From Candidatus Sumerlaeales bacterium (lineage in GTDB: Bacteria; Sumerlaeota; Sumerlaeia; Sumerlaeales; Sumerlaeaceae), in NCBI GenBank assembly GCA_038243585.1, contig JBBSQY010000006.1, positions 12,840 through 76,839 of the forward strand: 64,000 nt of DNA, in the 5' to 3' direction. A model generated the notes under the pieces. The model saw only the letters and a program-made list of their open reading frames with translations. It did not search any database and was not told the origin of the DNA. Positions 19,175 to 27,600 of the stretch are shown here, piece by piece; the first letter of the stretch is position 1, and every line of letters begins with the position of its first letter. The position numbers were made by a program, and so were the translations under genes.

Positions 19175-19524
19175 TCGAGACCTCCCCTCAGCCAGATGTA
19201 GGCTAATCCTCCGGATAAAAACCCGATAAATATCATTACTTTTACGAAGCCGTCCCACCCAAGATCTCGCACTGCAGTTCCATACGCATACAGGAAGGCG
19301 ACTTCTACATCAAACAGGAGAAAAAATATGGCGACGAGATAATAGGGGATAGATGTGCGCACATGCGCGCCCCCTGTGGGTGCAATACCGGACTCATATG
19401 GTGTGTCTTTGACTTTTGTATGGGTCGCTTTGCCTAAAAGGCGGCTTAGGCCAATAATAATAAAGGCCATCCCAATTATCAGAAACGTATATATTAGAAG
19501 TTCAAACACCTGGTTCCAATTCAA
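19120..19524 (-). CDS. nuoA: NADH-quinone oxidoreductase subunit A
   Basis: 134-aa three-TM protein ([19 protein letters not shown]) as the first gene of the operon. Its 3' end overlaps nuoB by 55 nt. Confidence 0.9.
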   Translation of the reverse strand: MNWNQVFELLIYTFLIIGMAFIIIGLSRLLGKATHTKVKDTPYESGIAPTGGAHVRTSIPYYLVAIFFLLFDVEVAFLYAYGTAVRDLGWDGFVKVMIFIGFLSGGLAYIWLRGGLEWRHHTKKVHNSRLSLRD

Positions 19525-19678
19525 CTATAAGTGGTCGTAGCGCCTTGTTCTACTAGGCATTCCGAACGCAATGCAATGAGGTGCTATGCAGCCGAGCAAG
19601 AGAAAAATTTCACAAACTTTTTATGAGATGGCTAATTTTTAACCTGTCACCATCTCCAGAGACGTATAGGCGGTAAAC

Positions 19679-21739
19679 TTAGTTTTTGCGGGAAATTTCG
19701 TATACCATATCATTAAGAGACCCCACCAGAACCTTATCTTTCCAAAGCGTCGGCCCAGTAAAAATAAAGCCCGGTTGCAGTGCCACACTCCACTCAACCG
19801 CCTTTTCGGCAACGTTTAAGCAATACAGGTTACCGCCTACAGATCCTACATAGATGCGCCCGTCTTTAAACGCAGGAATCGAATCAAACAGATCATCTTT
19901 TTTTTCTGGTCTCACGTTTACATCAAACACTTTTAGTCCAGTTTCAACATGATGGCCGACCACGTGACCATTTATGCTCCCCATATAGGCCACGTCGCCG
20001 TCGATAACAGCGGTGCTATAGCTGGGGCCAAGCTCAGCCTTATCTGGCTTGTAGGTCCAGACCGTTCCGCCTGTCTGCTGACTGATGCAGCGCACGGTGT
20101 AGTCGTGGGAACAAAAAATAACGTTTTCACCAGAGATTACGGGATTTGACGTTGCGGCGGAAAAATGTCCGTTGGCCCTGTGCGCTACAGGAGCTTTCCA
20201 GATAAGCTCCCCAGTACTAGCGTCGACGGCGTAGTAAAAGTTGTCCCACGCCCCGAAAAAAAGTTTCCCATCCGCAAGAGCCGGAGTGCATTTAATTAGC
20301 TTTTCTGCCGCAAAACTCCATTTCTTATCTCCAGTTTTTAAATCTAAAGCGTACATGTTTTTGTCGCCACTACCGATATAAACCGTGTCGTCCGTCACAA
20401 GTGGGCTGGCCAGCACGGCTTGGTTAGTCTTATATTTCCACTCCACCCTGCCGTCTGTCCGGGCAAGACTGTAAACGTGGGAGTCCATGCTGCCTACGAT
20501 GACCGACCCAGTAGTGACAGCGGGGGTTGACAAAATTTCGCTATTAAGATTCGTCTTCCACAGGAGCGCCCCCTGTGGATCAGCCAGATTAATGGCGCGC
20601 ATGAAACCGTCGTTTGCTCCGACATATAAGATGTCGTCTTTCACCACCGGGTGCGATTGATTACCGCTGTCTAATTTAAACCGGCGACTTATCGTAGTGC
20701 GATTATCGGTTGCAGTTTCAAAGTTAAGAGTGCTGATAACAGACGTGCCGGAGTCAGGCACTTCAACAGTCAATTGATGGATACCGTTATTAAAGGTGGT
20801 ACCCGCCAGATCAAGGACGCCATCGCTGATGGTCAGGCCGTAGCTGGACATTTGATCCATCACCATGCCGGCGGACCCGGAATAAGGTTTTCCCGCTAGG
20901 GTTACGGCCACCGTTTCTGATTGCGTCATTGTCGTAGTCAAATCGTTCCGCTTTAAGCTGTTGGTAGGCACCGGATCCTGGGTTTCTGTGATGTTCCGGT
21001 CATAGATGCGGGTTATCGATACCATCTTGTCCGGTTCAACGCGATAAACTCTGTAGCTCCGGTTGGGGGCTCCTCCATTGCTCACGCTTCCGCCCATAGC
21101 GTACGTGGTTCCGTTGCGGGAATATCGTTGAAAGGCGTGGCCGTGGCCGTCGCAGACGAGGGGAACGTTATAGCGGGAAATCAAGTCGGCGAATTGATAC
21201 TCATTATCAATAAAGTGGCCGGGCGATAGCGGCGGATGGTGCATGGCAAGCACAGCACACATTCCATCATTCATAGAAGCCAAATCGGCTTCAAGCTTCT
21301 TTAGCTGCTGCCCGTCGAAGTGACCATAATGTTCGATAAGCATGGAACTGTCCATCAGAACGAACCGAACGCCGTTATAGTCTACGGTTTTATAAGCTTC
21401 CCCAAACGCGTGGCGATAATTCTCTTTTCCACTATTCGACCAGCGAACGTCATGATTTCCCATTGCTGGGTAGACCGGTCTCTTACTGGATTTTAGTAAT
21501 TCTGTTAAAGAGGTAAACTCCTCTTCGAACCCAAATTCCGTAACATCACCGGTTACAATAATAAGTGCGGCTTCCGGAAAGTTTTTGTCCACGTCCTCAA
21601 GCGCTAGTTTGAGCTGTTCGGTGTTGCCTGGCGTCCCGATATGAGGATCAGAAAAGTGCACGAACGTGAATGGCTTTATCTCGGCCGACGCAACAGTGGC
21701 ATACGACAAAGTAAGAAACATAACAAGAGAACGGAGCAT
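19679..21739 (-). CDS. Secreted calcineurin-like metallophosphoesterase fused to a PQQ-like beta-propeller repeat domain
   Basis: Signal peptide MLRSLVMFLTLSYATVASA. Phosphoesterase motifs FSDPHIG, GDVTEFG, GNHD, HHPP and GHGH. The C-terminal half has repeats of the type D(G/K)x(V/M)YALDxxTGxxxW. The start is set at ATG 21739 (GAGGA SD 8 nt upstream), because the longer ORF runs through the gcv terminator. Confidence 0.75.
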   Translation of the reverse strand: MLRSLVMFLTLSYATVASAEIKPFTFVHFSDPHIGTPGNTEQLKLALEDVDKNFPEAALIIVTGDVTEFGFEEEFTSLTELLKSSKRPVYPAMGNHDVRWSNSGKENYRHAFGEAYKTVDYNGVRFVLMDSSMLIEHYGHFDGQQLKKLEADLASMNDGMCAVLAMHHPPLSPGHFIDNEYQFADLISRYNVPLVCDGHGHAFQRYSRNGTTYAMGGSVSNGGAPNRSYRVYRVEPDKMVSITRIYDRNITETQDPVPTNSLKRNDLTTTMTQSETVAVTLAGKPYSGSAGMVMDQMSSYGLTISDGVLDLAGTTFNNGIHQLTVEVPDSGTSVISTLNFETATDNRTTISRRFKLDSGNQSHPVVKDDILYVGANDGFMRAINLADPQGALLWKTNLNSEILSTPAVTTGSVIVGSMDSHVYSLARTDGRVEWKYKTNQAVLASPLVTDDTVYIGSGDKNMYALDLKTGDKKWSFAAEKLIKCTPALADGKLFFGAWDNFYYAVDASTGELIWKAPVAHRANGHFSAATSNPVISGENVIFCSHDYTVRCISQQTGGTVWTYKPDKAELGPSYSTAVIDGDVAYMGSINGHVVGHHVETGLKVFDVNVRPEKKDDLFDSIPAFKDGRIYVGSVGGNLYCLNVAEKAVEWSVALQPGFIFTGPTLWKDKVLVGSLNDMVYEISRKN

Positions 21740-21769
21740 CAAAAAAATCCTCAGATTGATTAATTGGAA

Positions 21770-21813
21770 ATAAAAAAATCGGTGGTTAAGAGCGTGCTCG
21801 TCAACCACCGATT
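21770..21813 (-). terminator. Rho-independent terminator after gcvPB
   Basis: 11-bp inverted repeat AATCGGTGGTT/AACCACCGATT (21777-21787/21803-21813). It is followed by a run of 7 T on the minus strand, about 30 nt after the gcvPB stop. Confidence 0.7.
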
Positions 21814-21843
21814 CAATAAAGCGCCATAATTTAAAAAAAACTG

Positions 21844-23352
21844 TTACAAGGCTTCTACCACGATTGGATTCCTGGCGGCGCCTAGTTCGTCGAGACGACG
21901 TACCGGCGTAGACAGGGGAGAGTCCACTACGTCAGCAGCATCAACTGAGCCTCTATTTGAAATGTCAATCATAGCCGCTGCAAAAAGTTCAAGCATTTCC
22001 TTATTTTCAGTTTCGGTCGGCTCAATCATTATAGCTTCGGGCACAATGAGTGGGAAATAAGTTGTCGGAGGATGAAAGCCGTAGTCGATTAGCTTCTTTG
22101 CAATATCAACGGCCTTAACACCCATCTTCTTTTGGCGGGTTGCGTCTATTACGAATTCATGCATACAACGCTTACCGTAGGGAATATCGTACTTATCGAC
22201 AAGCAATGATAAGAGATAATTGGCATTTAACACCGCGTAGTCACTGACGTCGCGAAGGCCTTGTTCTCCTAATTGCCGAAGATATACATAAGCGCGAACC
22301 ACATGGGCAACGTTGCCAAAATAACTGCGAACCTTCCCAATGCTTCGCGGGTCGAAGTTAAAGTCATAATTGCCATCATTACTCTTAACTACTGTAGGAG
22401 CAGGCAGATACGGAGCGAGAAAATCTCGTACAACTATAGGGCCAGCACCAGGGCCTCCGCCTCCATGAGGAATACTGAAGGTTTTATGAAGATTAATATG
22501 CATCATGTCGCCGCCGAAATCGCCAGGGCGTACCCGCCCGACTATGGCATTAAAATTTGCACCATCAATATATACGAGTCCTCCAGCCTGGTGCACTATT
22601 TCGGCTGCCTCAGCGAGACGGTCCTCGAACAGCCCGCAAGTATTGGGATTCGTTACCATAAGGCACGCGGTCCGGGGTCCAACTACTTTTTTTAAAGCTT
22701 CAATATCAATGCGGCCTGTGGAGTCAGATTTAATCTCGACCGGCTCCAGCCCTACACGAAAAGCCGATGCGGGATTTGTGCCATGGGCCGTGTCGGGAAT
22801 GATGACTTGGGTGCGCTCCGTTTCGCCTTTGTCATCGAAGTAAGCCTTTGCCATCAACAGGCATGTGAATTCGCCATGGGCACCGGCTGCGGGCTGCAGA
22901 GAGACTCCGGGAAGGTTTGTCAGCTTGCCTAGAATCTCCTGCACTTGGTAATATGCTTCCAATAAACCCTGCATGGTAGATGCCGGCTGATCCGGATGCA
23001 GATTCGAAAAACCAGGCAGGCCCGCCCCGAACTCATTGATTTTGGGATTATATTTCATTGTGCAGGAGCCCAATGGGTAGAAGGTCGTTTCTACTCCCAT
23101 TGTCCTACCCGACAAGTGCGTGAAATGGCGCATAGTAGTCAGTTCGCTGACCTCCGGCAGTGCCGGCGGGGTTTCGCGCAAAAATCTTTCTGGTATCACG
23201 TCAGCGCAGACCCCTTTGGTTTCGGGAGGCTCCGGGGGCAATGAAAAGCCGGTCCGACCAGGGACGCTAAGCTCAAAGATCGTCTGCGTGTCCAGGCGTT
23301 CTTTTACGCTTAGATTGTTTTCTTCGACGGTGATCTGAATTCGCCTGCTCAT
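21844..23352 (-). CDS. gcvPB: Glycine dehydrogenase (decarboxylating) subunit 2
   Basis: 502-aa PLP enzyme with NLHKTFSIPHGGGGPG (PLP lysine region) and the expected operon position. Confidence 0.93.
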   Translation of the reverse strand: MSRRIQITVEENNLSVKERLDTQTIFELSVPGRTGFSLPPEPPETKGVCADVIPERFLRETPPALPEVSELTTMRHFTHLSGRTMGVETTFYPLGSCTMKYNPKINEFGAGLPGFSNLHPDQPASTMQGLLEAYYQVQEILGKLTNLPGVSLQPAAGAHGEFTCLLMAKAYFDDKGETERTQVIIPDTAHGTNPASAFRVGLEPVEIKSDSTGRIDIEALKKVVGPRTACLMVTNPNTCGLFEDRLAEAAEIVHQAGGLVYIDGANFNAIVGRVRPGDFGGDMMHINLHKTFSIPHGGGGPGAGPIVVRDFLAPYLPAPTVVKSNDGNYDFNFDPRSIGKVRSYFGNVAHVVRAYVYLRQLGEQGLRDVSDYAVLNANYLLSLLVDKYDIPYGKRCMHEFVIDATRQKKMGVKAVDIAKKLIDYGFHPPTTYFPLIVPEAIMIEPTETENKEMLELFAAAMIDISNRGSVDAADVVDSPLSTPVRRLDELGAARNPIVVEAL

Positions 23353-24704
23353 AAGAACTCTCCCAAAGCTTCCGCGAAGCCATCAATTTCCGCGTCTGTA
23401 CGCTTTTCCGTAGTCGCAACCAACAGAAGATTTTCATATCCGCTGCCGCAGGTTTCAAAAAGCGGGGTGCCTGCAAGATAGCCTTTTAGCAGAAGAGCGT
23501 CGCGCACCTGCTGTGCAGGTCGGTTCGTTCGAATTACAAATTCCTTGAACACAGGTGCCGTAAACGCAATGGCATCAGTATGTTTTTTTAAAATGGCAGA
23601 TTTTAACCGGTTCGTATTTCGCACACAGGCACGGGCAACTTCACCCATACCTTGCGGACCCATCAGGCACATATAAATAGAGGCGCGCAAGGCGTTATGC
23701 GCGTGATTTGTACAGATATTTGAAGTCGCTTTTGCGCGGCGGATATGTTGCTCGCGGGTTTGCAGGGTAAGAACAAATCCACGCCGGTCTTCGCGGTCCT
23801 TTGTCTGGCCTACTAAACGCCCCGGCACTTTGCGCATAAACTCGGATTTACAAGTGAAAATACCAACGCTTTCGCCGCCGGCATATTGATTCAGCCCTAG
23901 CGGCTGTCCTTCGCCTACAGCAATATCAGCACCATAAGTCCCTGGTGGCGCCAGAACTCCCAAACTAATGGGGTCGGCAACAACAATAAATAACGCTCCA
24001 GATTCACGCACACGCTTTTCAATTCCATGCACATCCTCCAGACATCCGAAATAATTGGGATGTTGAACAACAACGGCGGCTACGTCGTCGCCCAGACTTT
24101 CGCCCAGTGCTTGTACATCGGTAAGTCCATTTCCGGCTTTTACAATATCGACTTTTGTATTAAAATGAGCCATATAGGTCGCAACTAAAGCGCGGGAATC
24201 GGGATGAACAGATTCCGACATAACAATTCGGTTTCGGTCCGGATGAACAGCAAGCGCCATGAACACTGCTTCGCCGACAGCCGAGGCGCCGTCGTAAAGT
24301 GACGCGTTGGAAACCGGCATATCGTATAATCGACTGAGTAACGTCTGGTACTCAAAAAACGCCTGGAGCAGTCCTTGGCTTGCCTCGGGCTGATAAGGGG
24401 TGTAACCGGTAACGAACTCGCTGCGATTAGCCACGTGCATAATGGCAGTGGGAACAAAATGGTCGTAAATTCCGCCACCCATAAATGAGGTAAGGCTGTC
24501 AGCCGCCTGATTCCGGGCAGCCATGCGGGTTAGATGTCCTTGCAGTTCCAGTTCACTGAGAGCAGTCGGAATATCGAAAGTATCTTTGTGCTGAAGGTCG
24601 GAAGGTATCTGATCGTTAAAAATTTCATCAATGGACGTGGCATCAACTGCTGCCAACATCTCAATTATCTGGTCAGGGGTAGCCTGAATATAGGGGTTAC
24701 TCAA
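23349..24704 (-). CDS. gcvPA: Glycine dehydrogenase (decarboxylating) subunit 1
   Basis: 451 aa with the conserved TPYQPEASQGLLQAFFEYQT block. 4-nt overlaps with gcvH and gcvPB. Confidence 0.93.
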   Translation of the reverse strand: MSNPYIQATPDQIIEMLAAVDATSIDEIFNDQIPSDLQHKDTFDIPTALSELELQGHLTRMAARNQAADSLTSFMGGGIYDHFVPTAIMHVANRSEFVTGYTPYQPEASQGLLQAFFEYQTLLSRLYDMPVSNASLYDGASAVGEAVFMALAVHPDRNRIVMSESVHPDSRALVATYMAHFNTKVDIVKAGNGLTDVQALGESLGDDVAAVVVQHPNYFGCLEDVHGIEKRVRESGALFIVVADPISLGVLAPPGTYGADIAVGEGQPLGLNQYAGGESVGIFTCKSEFMRKVPGRLVGQTKDREDRRGFVLTLQTREQHIRRAKATSNICTNHAHNALRASIYMCLMGPQGMGEVARACVRNTNRLKSAILKKHTDAIAFTAPVFKEFVIRTNRPAQQVRDALLLKGYLAGTPLFETCGSGYENLLLVATTEKRTDAEIDGFAEALGEFL

Positions 24705-25093
24705 TGGGATTCCTCAGCCACCTGCTTCTCATAATCGTCCGGAGAAATAAGTCGTTCAACATCTGCCGGATCATCGGGTGTAATTTTAATCATCCATCCG
24801 GTTCCGTAAGGCTCTTCTGAAACCTGATTTGGGTCGGCGACTACGGCATCATTGATGGCGCTTACTATTCCAGACACTGGCGCATAGAGATCACTGGCGG
24901 CCTTAACCGACTCAATAACTCCAAAACTGTCTCCAGCCTTTAGTTTACGGCCAGGCGTGGGAAGATCGACGAAAACAATTTCCTTATTGAGCTGCTCCAC
25001 GGCAAAATCGGAAATACCGACGACGACTGAACCGTCCTCGAGCCGCGCCCACTCATGGGATTTCTGATATCGTACGTTGTTGGGCCTGGACAT
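24701..25093 (-). CDS. gcvH: Glycine cleavage system H protein (lipoyl carrier)
   Basis: 130 aa with the lipoyl-lysine motif GVIESVKAASDLYAPVSG. Confidence 0.95.
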   Translation of the reverse strand: MSRPNNVRYQKSHEWARLEDGSVVVGISDFAVEQLNKEIVFVDLPTPGRKLKAGDSFGVIESVKAASDLYAPVSGIVSAINDAVVADPNQVSEEPYGTGWMIKITPDDPADVERLISPDDYEKQVAEESH

Positions 25094-26202
25094 TAGCCGG
25101 CGTTCCTCCTGTAGAAGGGTCGTTTTATAATTTGAGCGGGTAGGGCCCGCCCGCGAATATCAATGCTGATACTACCGCCCACCGCGCTATGTTCTTTTTT
25201 AACGTAAGCAAGGCCTACGGTTTTTTGGAGAGTCGGAGAAAATATGCCGCTTGTAACCGTGCCAATACCGTTACCCGAAGCATTTAGTACAGAAAAGCCC
25301 TGACGCGCCACCGGCCCTCGCTGAAGCATTTCGAATCCAACCAGCCTGGTATCAGGTCCACCGGAATTTTTTAAAGATTCCAGAGCAATGCGGCCTATAA
25401 AATCCTCCTTTTCCATTTCAATAAAGCGACCAAATCCGGCATGAAGCGGAGTGAGAGAGTCATCCAGTTCGTGTCCATAAAGCGGCATCGCTGCCTCCAG
25501 ACGAAGACTGTCCCGCGCCCCAAGTCCTATTGGCCTAACATTTCCTTCCGGCGCAGCGGCAATCAGGCTGTCCCAAAGCGAAACAACGTTTTCAGATGGC
25601 AGATAAATTTCAAAACCATCCTCGCCGGTATAGCCGGTACGGGAAATTATCATTCGTCCGGGATATTTGGGATTGTCTAAACTGGCAAATTGATAGTAGT
25701 TTAAAGTGGATACGTCTGTTCCGAAGAGGTTTGACATTACCTCCGCGCTTAAGGGCCCCTGGAGGGCAATCATTCCCCAGGATTCACCGCGGTCGTCTAG
25801 CTCAACATTGCCATCAAAAGCGTTGGCCTGTTTCCGAATCCAATCTAAATCACGCTCGCGGTTGCCGGCATTAATCACCAGGAAAATTTCTTCAACATCG
25901 TAATACACAGTTATATCATCAATGACCGTCCCATCCTCCCGAAGCAAAAAGGAGTACTGCACTTCACCCGGTTTCGCCGAGCTGACCTTTGCAGGGGTAA
26001 GATGATTTACGAAAGCGAATGCGTCGGAACCCCGAAGAAATAAGCGACCCATATGGCCAAGATCAAATAGGCCGGCTTCGGCACGAGTGTGCTGATGTTC
26101 CTGCGTAATACCTTCGTAATAGAGGGGCATATGCCAGCCATTAAAATCAGTCATAGTTGCGCCGTGGGCGATATGCCACTCATTCAAAGCTGTTTTTTTC
26201 AT
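25093..26202 (-). CDS. gcvT: Aminomethyltransferase (glycine cleavage T protein)
   Basis: Full-length GcvT similarity (HGATMTDFNGWHMPLYY, ISRTGYTGEDGFEI). ATG 26202 is preferred over the TTG at 26211, with a GGAG 11 nt upstream. TAATG overlap with gcvH. Confidence 0.92.
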   Translation of the reverse strand: MKKTALNEWHIAHGATMTDFNGWHMPLYYEGITQEHQHTRAEAGLFDLGHMGRLFLRGSDAFAFVNHLTPAKVSSAKPGEVQYSFLLREDGTVIDDITVYYDVEEIFLVINAGNRERDLDWIRKQANAFDGNVELDDRGESWGMIALQGPLSAEVMSNLFGTDVSTLNYYQFASLDNPKYPGRMIISRTGYTGEDGFEIYLPSENVVSLWDSLIAAAPEGNVRPIGLGARDSLRLEAAMPLYGHELDDSLTPLHAGFGRFIEMEKEDFIGRIALESLKNSGGPDTRLVGFEMLQRGPVARQGFSVLNASGNGIGTVTSGIFSPTLQKTVGLAYVKKEHSAVGGSISIDIRGRALPAQIIKRPFYRRNAG

Positions 26203-26449
26203 AGGCGGCAAGACTCCATCTTGTAATGCGTTATAAATATTATGTTATCAGTAAATCGAAGATAAATGGGACAGCCCGTTGGAACGACTTTTCCCATCGG
26301 AAATTCGGACGCAACAACAATGGGAATTCGACGATATTTTTACTACACATTCTACTCGTTGTTTTTTAATAACCCACGACATTCGGTATGAGAAAAGTTA
26401 ATCCGGGATTTTGGACTTCCGCCAAACTAGCGCTGCTGTATAATATCGA

Positions 26450-27550
26450 TTATGGAGTTTGAGAACGAAGTGCCGGCTCCGCAATTAAGCTACAGCCTCT
26501 CGGCAACGATTCCTGGATGCGACCAATAACGCGAAAGGATCCATCTGGAGAGGCAATCCCAACATCATCTGTTTGAATTGCGATCACGCTGCCTACGTTG
26601 GCCAGATCAATTATTCTGATAAGCCCCGGCTCGCCTGGAGTCATCTCGTCTCCTGTCTCCGGGTCAACACACATAACTCTGCACCAGCTAGGACCCATCT
26701 TCCAATCGCTGCTGTTCTGATCGCGCAAGCTGCAGTCATAAAATTGCGATGAAAGTTCGGTCATGCCGTATTCGTTAACGATGTTGAATGCAGGAATACC
26801 GAACAGTTCGGACAAAACCGGGTAAAACTCATTTCTTTGTATCTCGCGGACCCGGCCCTTAAATCCGCCGGTTTCCATTATACGACTGCCGAACGGAAGG
26901 TTAAATCGTAGATTCCGCTGTGTCATCGCTTCCAAAACGTAAACAAACCCGAATGCCGTGCCCAGCAAAAAAACAGGTTGCTGACGCTCAGAAGCTTCGT
27001 AAAGAGCGCAAGATAAACTGTCGATATTAACCACGGATCCTGTTCCGTGGAATTGGGATTCCGGTGTTCCAAATTTTAACCGGACGGTATCCATCATATG
27101 GACTAAAGAACTATGAGGAGTCTCAAAAGGGGGAGGCGTTAAAAACTCCATTCGCATATGTTCTGCATCGGGCAGAAGGAAGCTTTTGAATGGAGGGCAG
27201 ATGGCCTTTTCATAAATTTCTAACGTTTCAAAGTAATGGTATCCTGTATCGCCTTCCGTTGTACCACTGGTTTCGAACCATGCTTTTATGGCGTCAAAGG
27301 GGAACGAACACACGCTTGCTCGTTTAAATGCGGCTGCGGGAAGAGCGGGAAGCTTCTTCCAATGATCTGGGGCGCTGAGGCGGGCTGCGTCAAAATATCC
27401 CCTGTACACAGGGTTTGCTGATAGCTGATATCGAAACAGTTGTAAAGCGAAGCTGCTGAACTCTACGTCCGACAGAATCTGCCCTGTCGAAATTATCTGA
27501 AGGATTTCGCGATGTAGCAACGCCCGAAGGCCATTAGCTGTTTGTGACAT
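26450..27550 (-). CDS. LuxE-family acyl-protein synthetase-like adenylate-forming enzyme
   Basis: By-eye collinearity with Vibrio LuxE: LPALPAAAFK...WFETSGTT, METGGFKG, PSWCRVMCVDPETGDEMTPGEPGLIRIIDLANVGSVIAIQTDDVGI, PRGCSL. Confidence 0.6.
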   Translation of the reverse strand: MSQTANGLRALLHREILQIISTGQILSDVEFSSFALQLFRYQLSANPVYRGYFDAARLSAPDHWKKLPALPAAAFKRASVCSFPFDAIKAWFETSGTTEGDTGYHYFETLEIYEKAICPPFKSFLLPDAEHMRMEFLTPPPFETPHSSLVHMMDTVRLKFGTPESQFHGTGSVVNIDSLSCALYEASERQQPVFLLGTAFGFVYVLEAMTQRNLRFNLPFGSRIMETGGFKGRVREIQRNEFYPVLSELFGIPAFNIVNEYGMTELSSQFYDCSLRDQNSSDWKMGPSWCRVMCVDPETGDEMTPGEPGLIRIIDLANVGSVIAIQTDDVGIASPDGSFRVIGRIQESLPRGCSLIAEPALRSQTP

Positions 27551-27600
27551 CTTTTTGTTTGCCCTTGGGAAGTGAACGGGTCGTAACGAGATTTAATAAT

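Noticed and set aside
19625-19656. Hairpin GAGATGG-N18-CCATCTC as a terminator after the metallophosphoesterase gene
   Set aside because: The stem is only 7 bp with a large 18-nt loop, and it is not directly followed by a T-run on the minus strand. The evidence is too weak to call.
21740-21808. Longer N-terminus (MVDEHALNHRFFYFQL...) for the metallophosphoesterase
   Set aside because: The extension would be translated through the gcvPB terminator hairpin and would bury the signal peptide. ATG 21739 has a GAGGA SD and yields a proper signal sequence.
26212-26449. Glycine riboswitch upstream of gcvT
   Set aside because: It would be expected from synteny. However, the minus-strand leader lacks the conserved GGAGAG, ACCGAAGGGGCAA and CUCAGGCAAAAGGAC elements of either aptamer. 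I kept only the observation that a leader exists.
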